Positions 15,289-15,459 of a stretch of 15,459 nucleotides of DNA are shown piece after piece. A program made the translations under genes and the position numbers. The notes under the pieces were generated by a model. It was given only the letters and a program-made list of their open reading frames with translations. It was not told the DNA's origin and searched no databases. The first letter of the stretch is position 1, and the number at the start of each line of letters is the position of its first letter. Source of the stretch: a virus (taxonomy: Duplodnaviria; Heunggongvirae; Uroviricota; Caudoviricetes); the IMG/VR virus record IMGVR_UViG_3300033148_007488, positions 64,001 through 79,459 of that record; one strand, given 5' to 3'.

Positions 15289-15459
15289 TCATATCCTCAA
15301 ATAATCCTTAATTATTAAAATAGATTGATCAATAGACCGTGAAACTTCACATTTATACCCAGCGTCAGAAAGCCTTTTGAACCATGTTTCTTGGCCTTCT
15401 CGTATCCTTTTTATTGCACCTCGTTTGTTTTTGATTGGGGTGTCCTTAGTAAGCTTCCC
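15289..15459 (-). CDS. C-terminal fragment of a VRR-NUC-like nuclease (start beyond the window)
   Basis: Not in the ORF track. Translates GKLTKDTPIKNKRGAIKRIREGQETWFKRLSDAGYKCEVSRSIDQSILIIKDYLRI*; the 'Q..W...L...GY...V.RS......I..YL' ending is typical of phage VRR-NUC proteins. The catalytic PD-(D/E)xK part is not visible. Confidence 0.6.
   Translation of the reverse strand, partial: GKLTKDTPIKNKRGAIKRIREGQETWFKRLSDAGYKCEVSRSIDQSILIIKDYLRI

Larger units (their letters stand above)
1..15459. mobile_element. Segment of a myovirus-type phage/prophage (tail and baseplate module, accessory island, start of an oppositely oriented phage module)
   Basis: Ordered gp25-like, J-like, gpI-like and fibre genes with overlapping or abutting stops and starts; ANT-domain antirepressor; VRR-NUC-like fragment at the right edge. 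No integrase or att site in the window, so free phage versus prophage cannot be decided. Confidence 0.9.

Overview
AT-rich segment of a contractile-tailed (myovirus-type) phage or prophage, probably infecting a diderm host. Bases 1-9486 form a tightly packed + strand virion morphogenesis operon: a 5'-truncated neck-region protein, two putative tail-tube-end/baseplate proteins (one with a split LysM-like motif), a small lipoprotein, gp25-like wedge, baseplate J-like and P2 gpI-like proteins, then two tail fibre/receptor-binding genes, each followed by a small chaperone-like gene. Bases 9510-14745 are an accessory island: a large lipoprotein with a 7x24-bp in-frame tandem repeat, an ANT/KilAC antirepressor behind a strongly structured leader with two competing long helices, a probable 8-stranded outer-membrane beta-barrel plus a small exported partner, a YdjM-family membrane hydrolase, and a receiver-histidine kinase hybrid split by a +1 frameshift that is best placed at a G7 run. 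The right end returns to phage-like - strand genes (a hypothetical protein and an unlisted, truncated VRR-NUC-like gene), suggesting the island lies inside the phage genome. No integrase, att site, reverse transcriptase, invertase, lysis genes, tRNA or CRISPR array was seen. All family calls come from remembered motifs, not database searches. The best leads are the antirepressor leader switch and the poly-G-split kinase.
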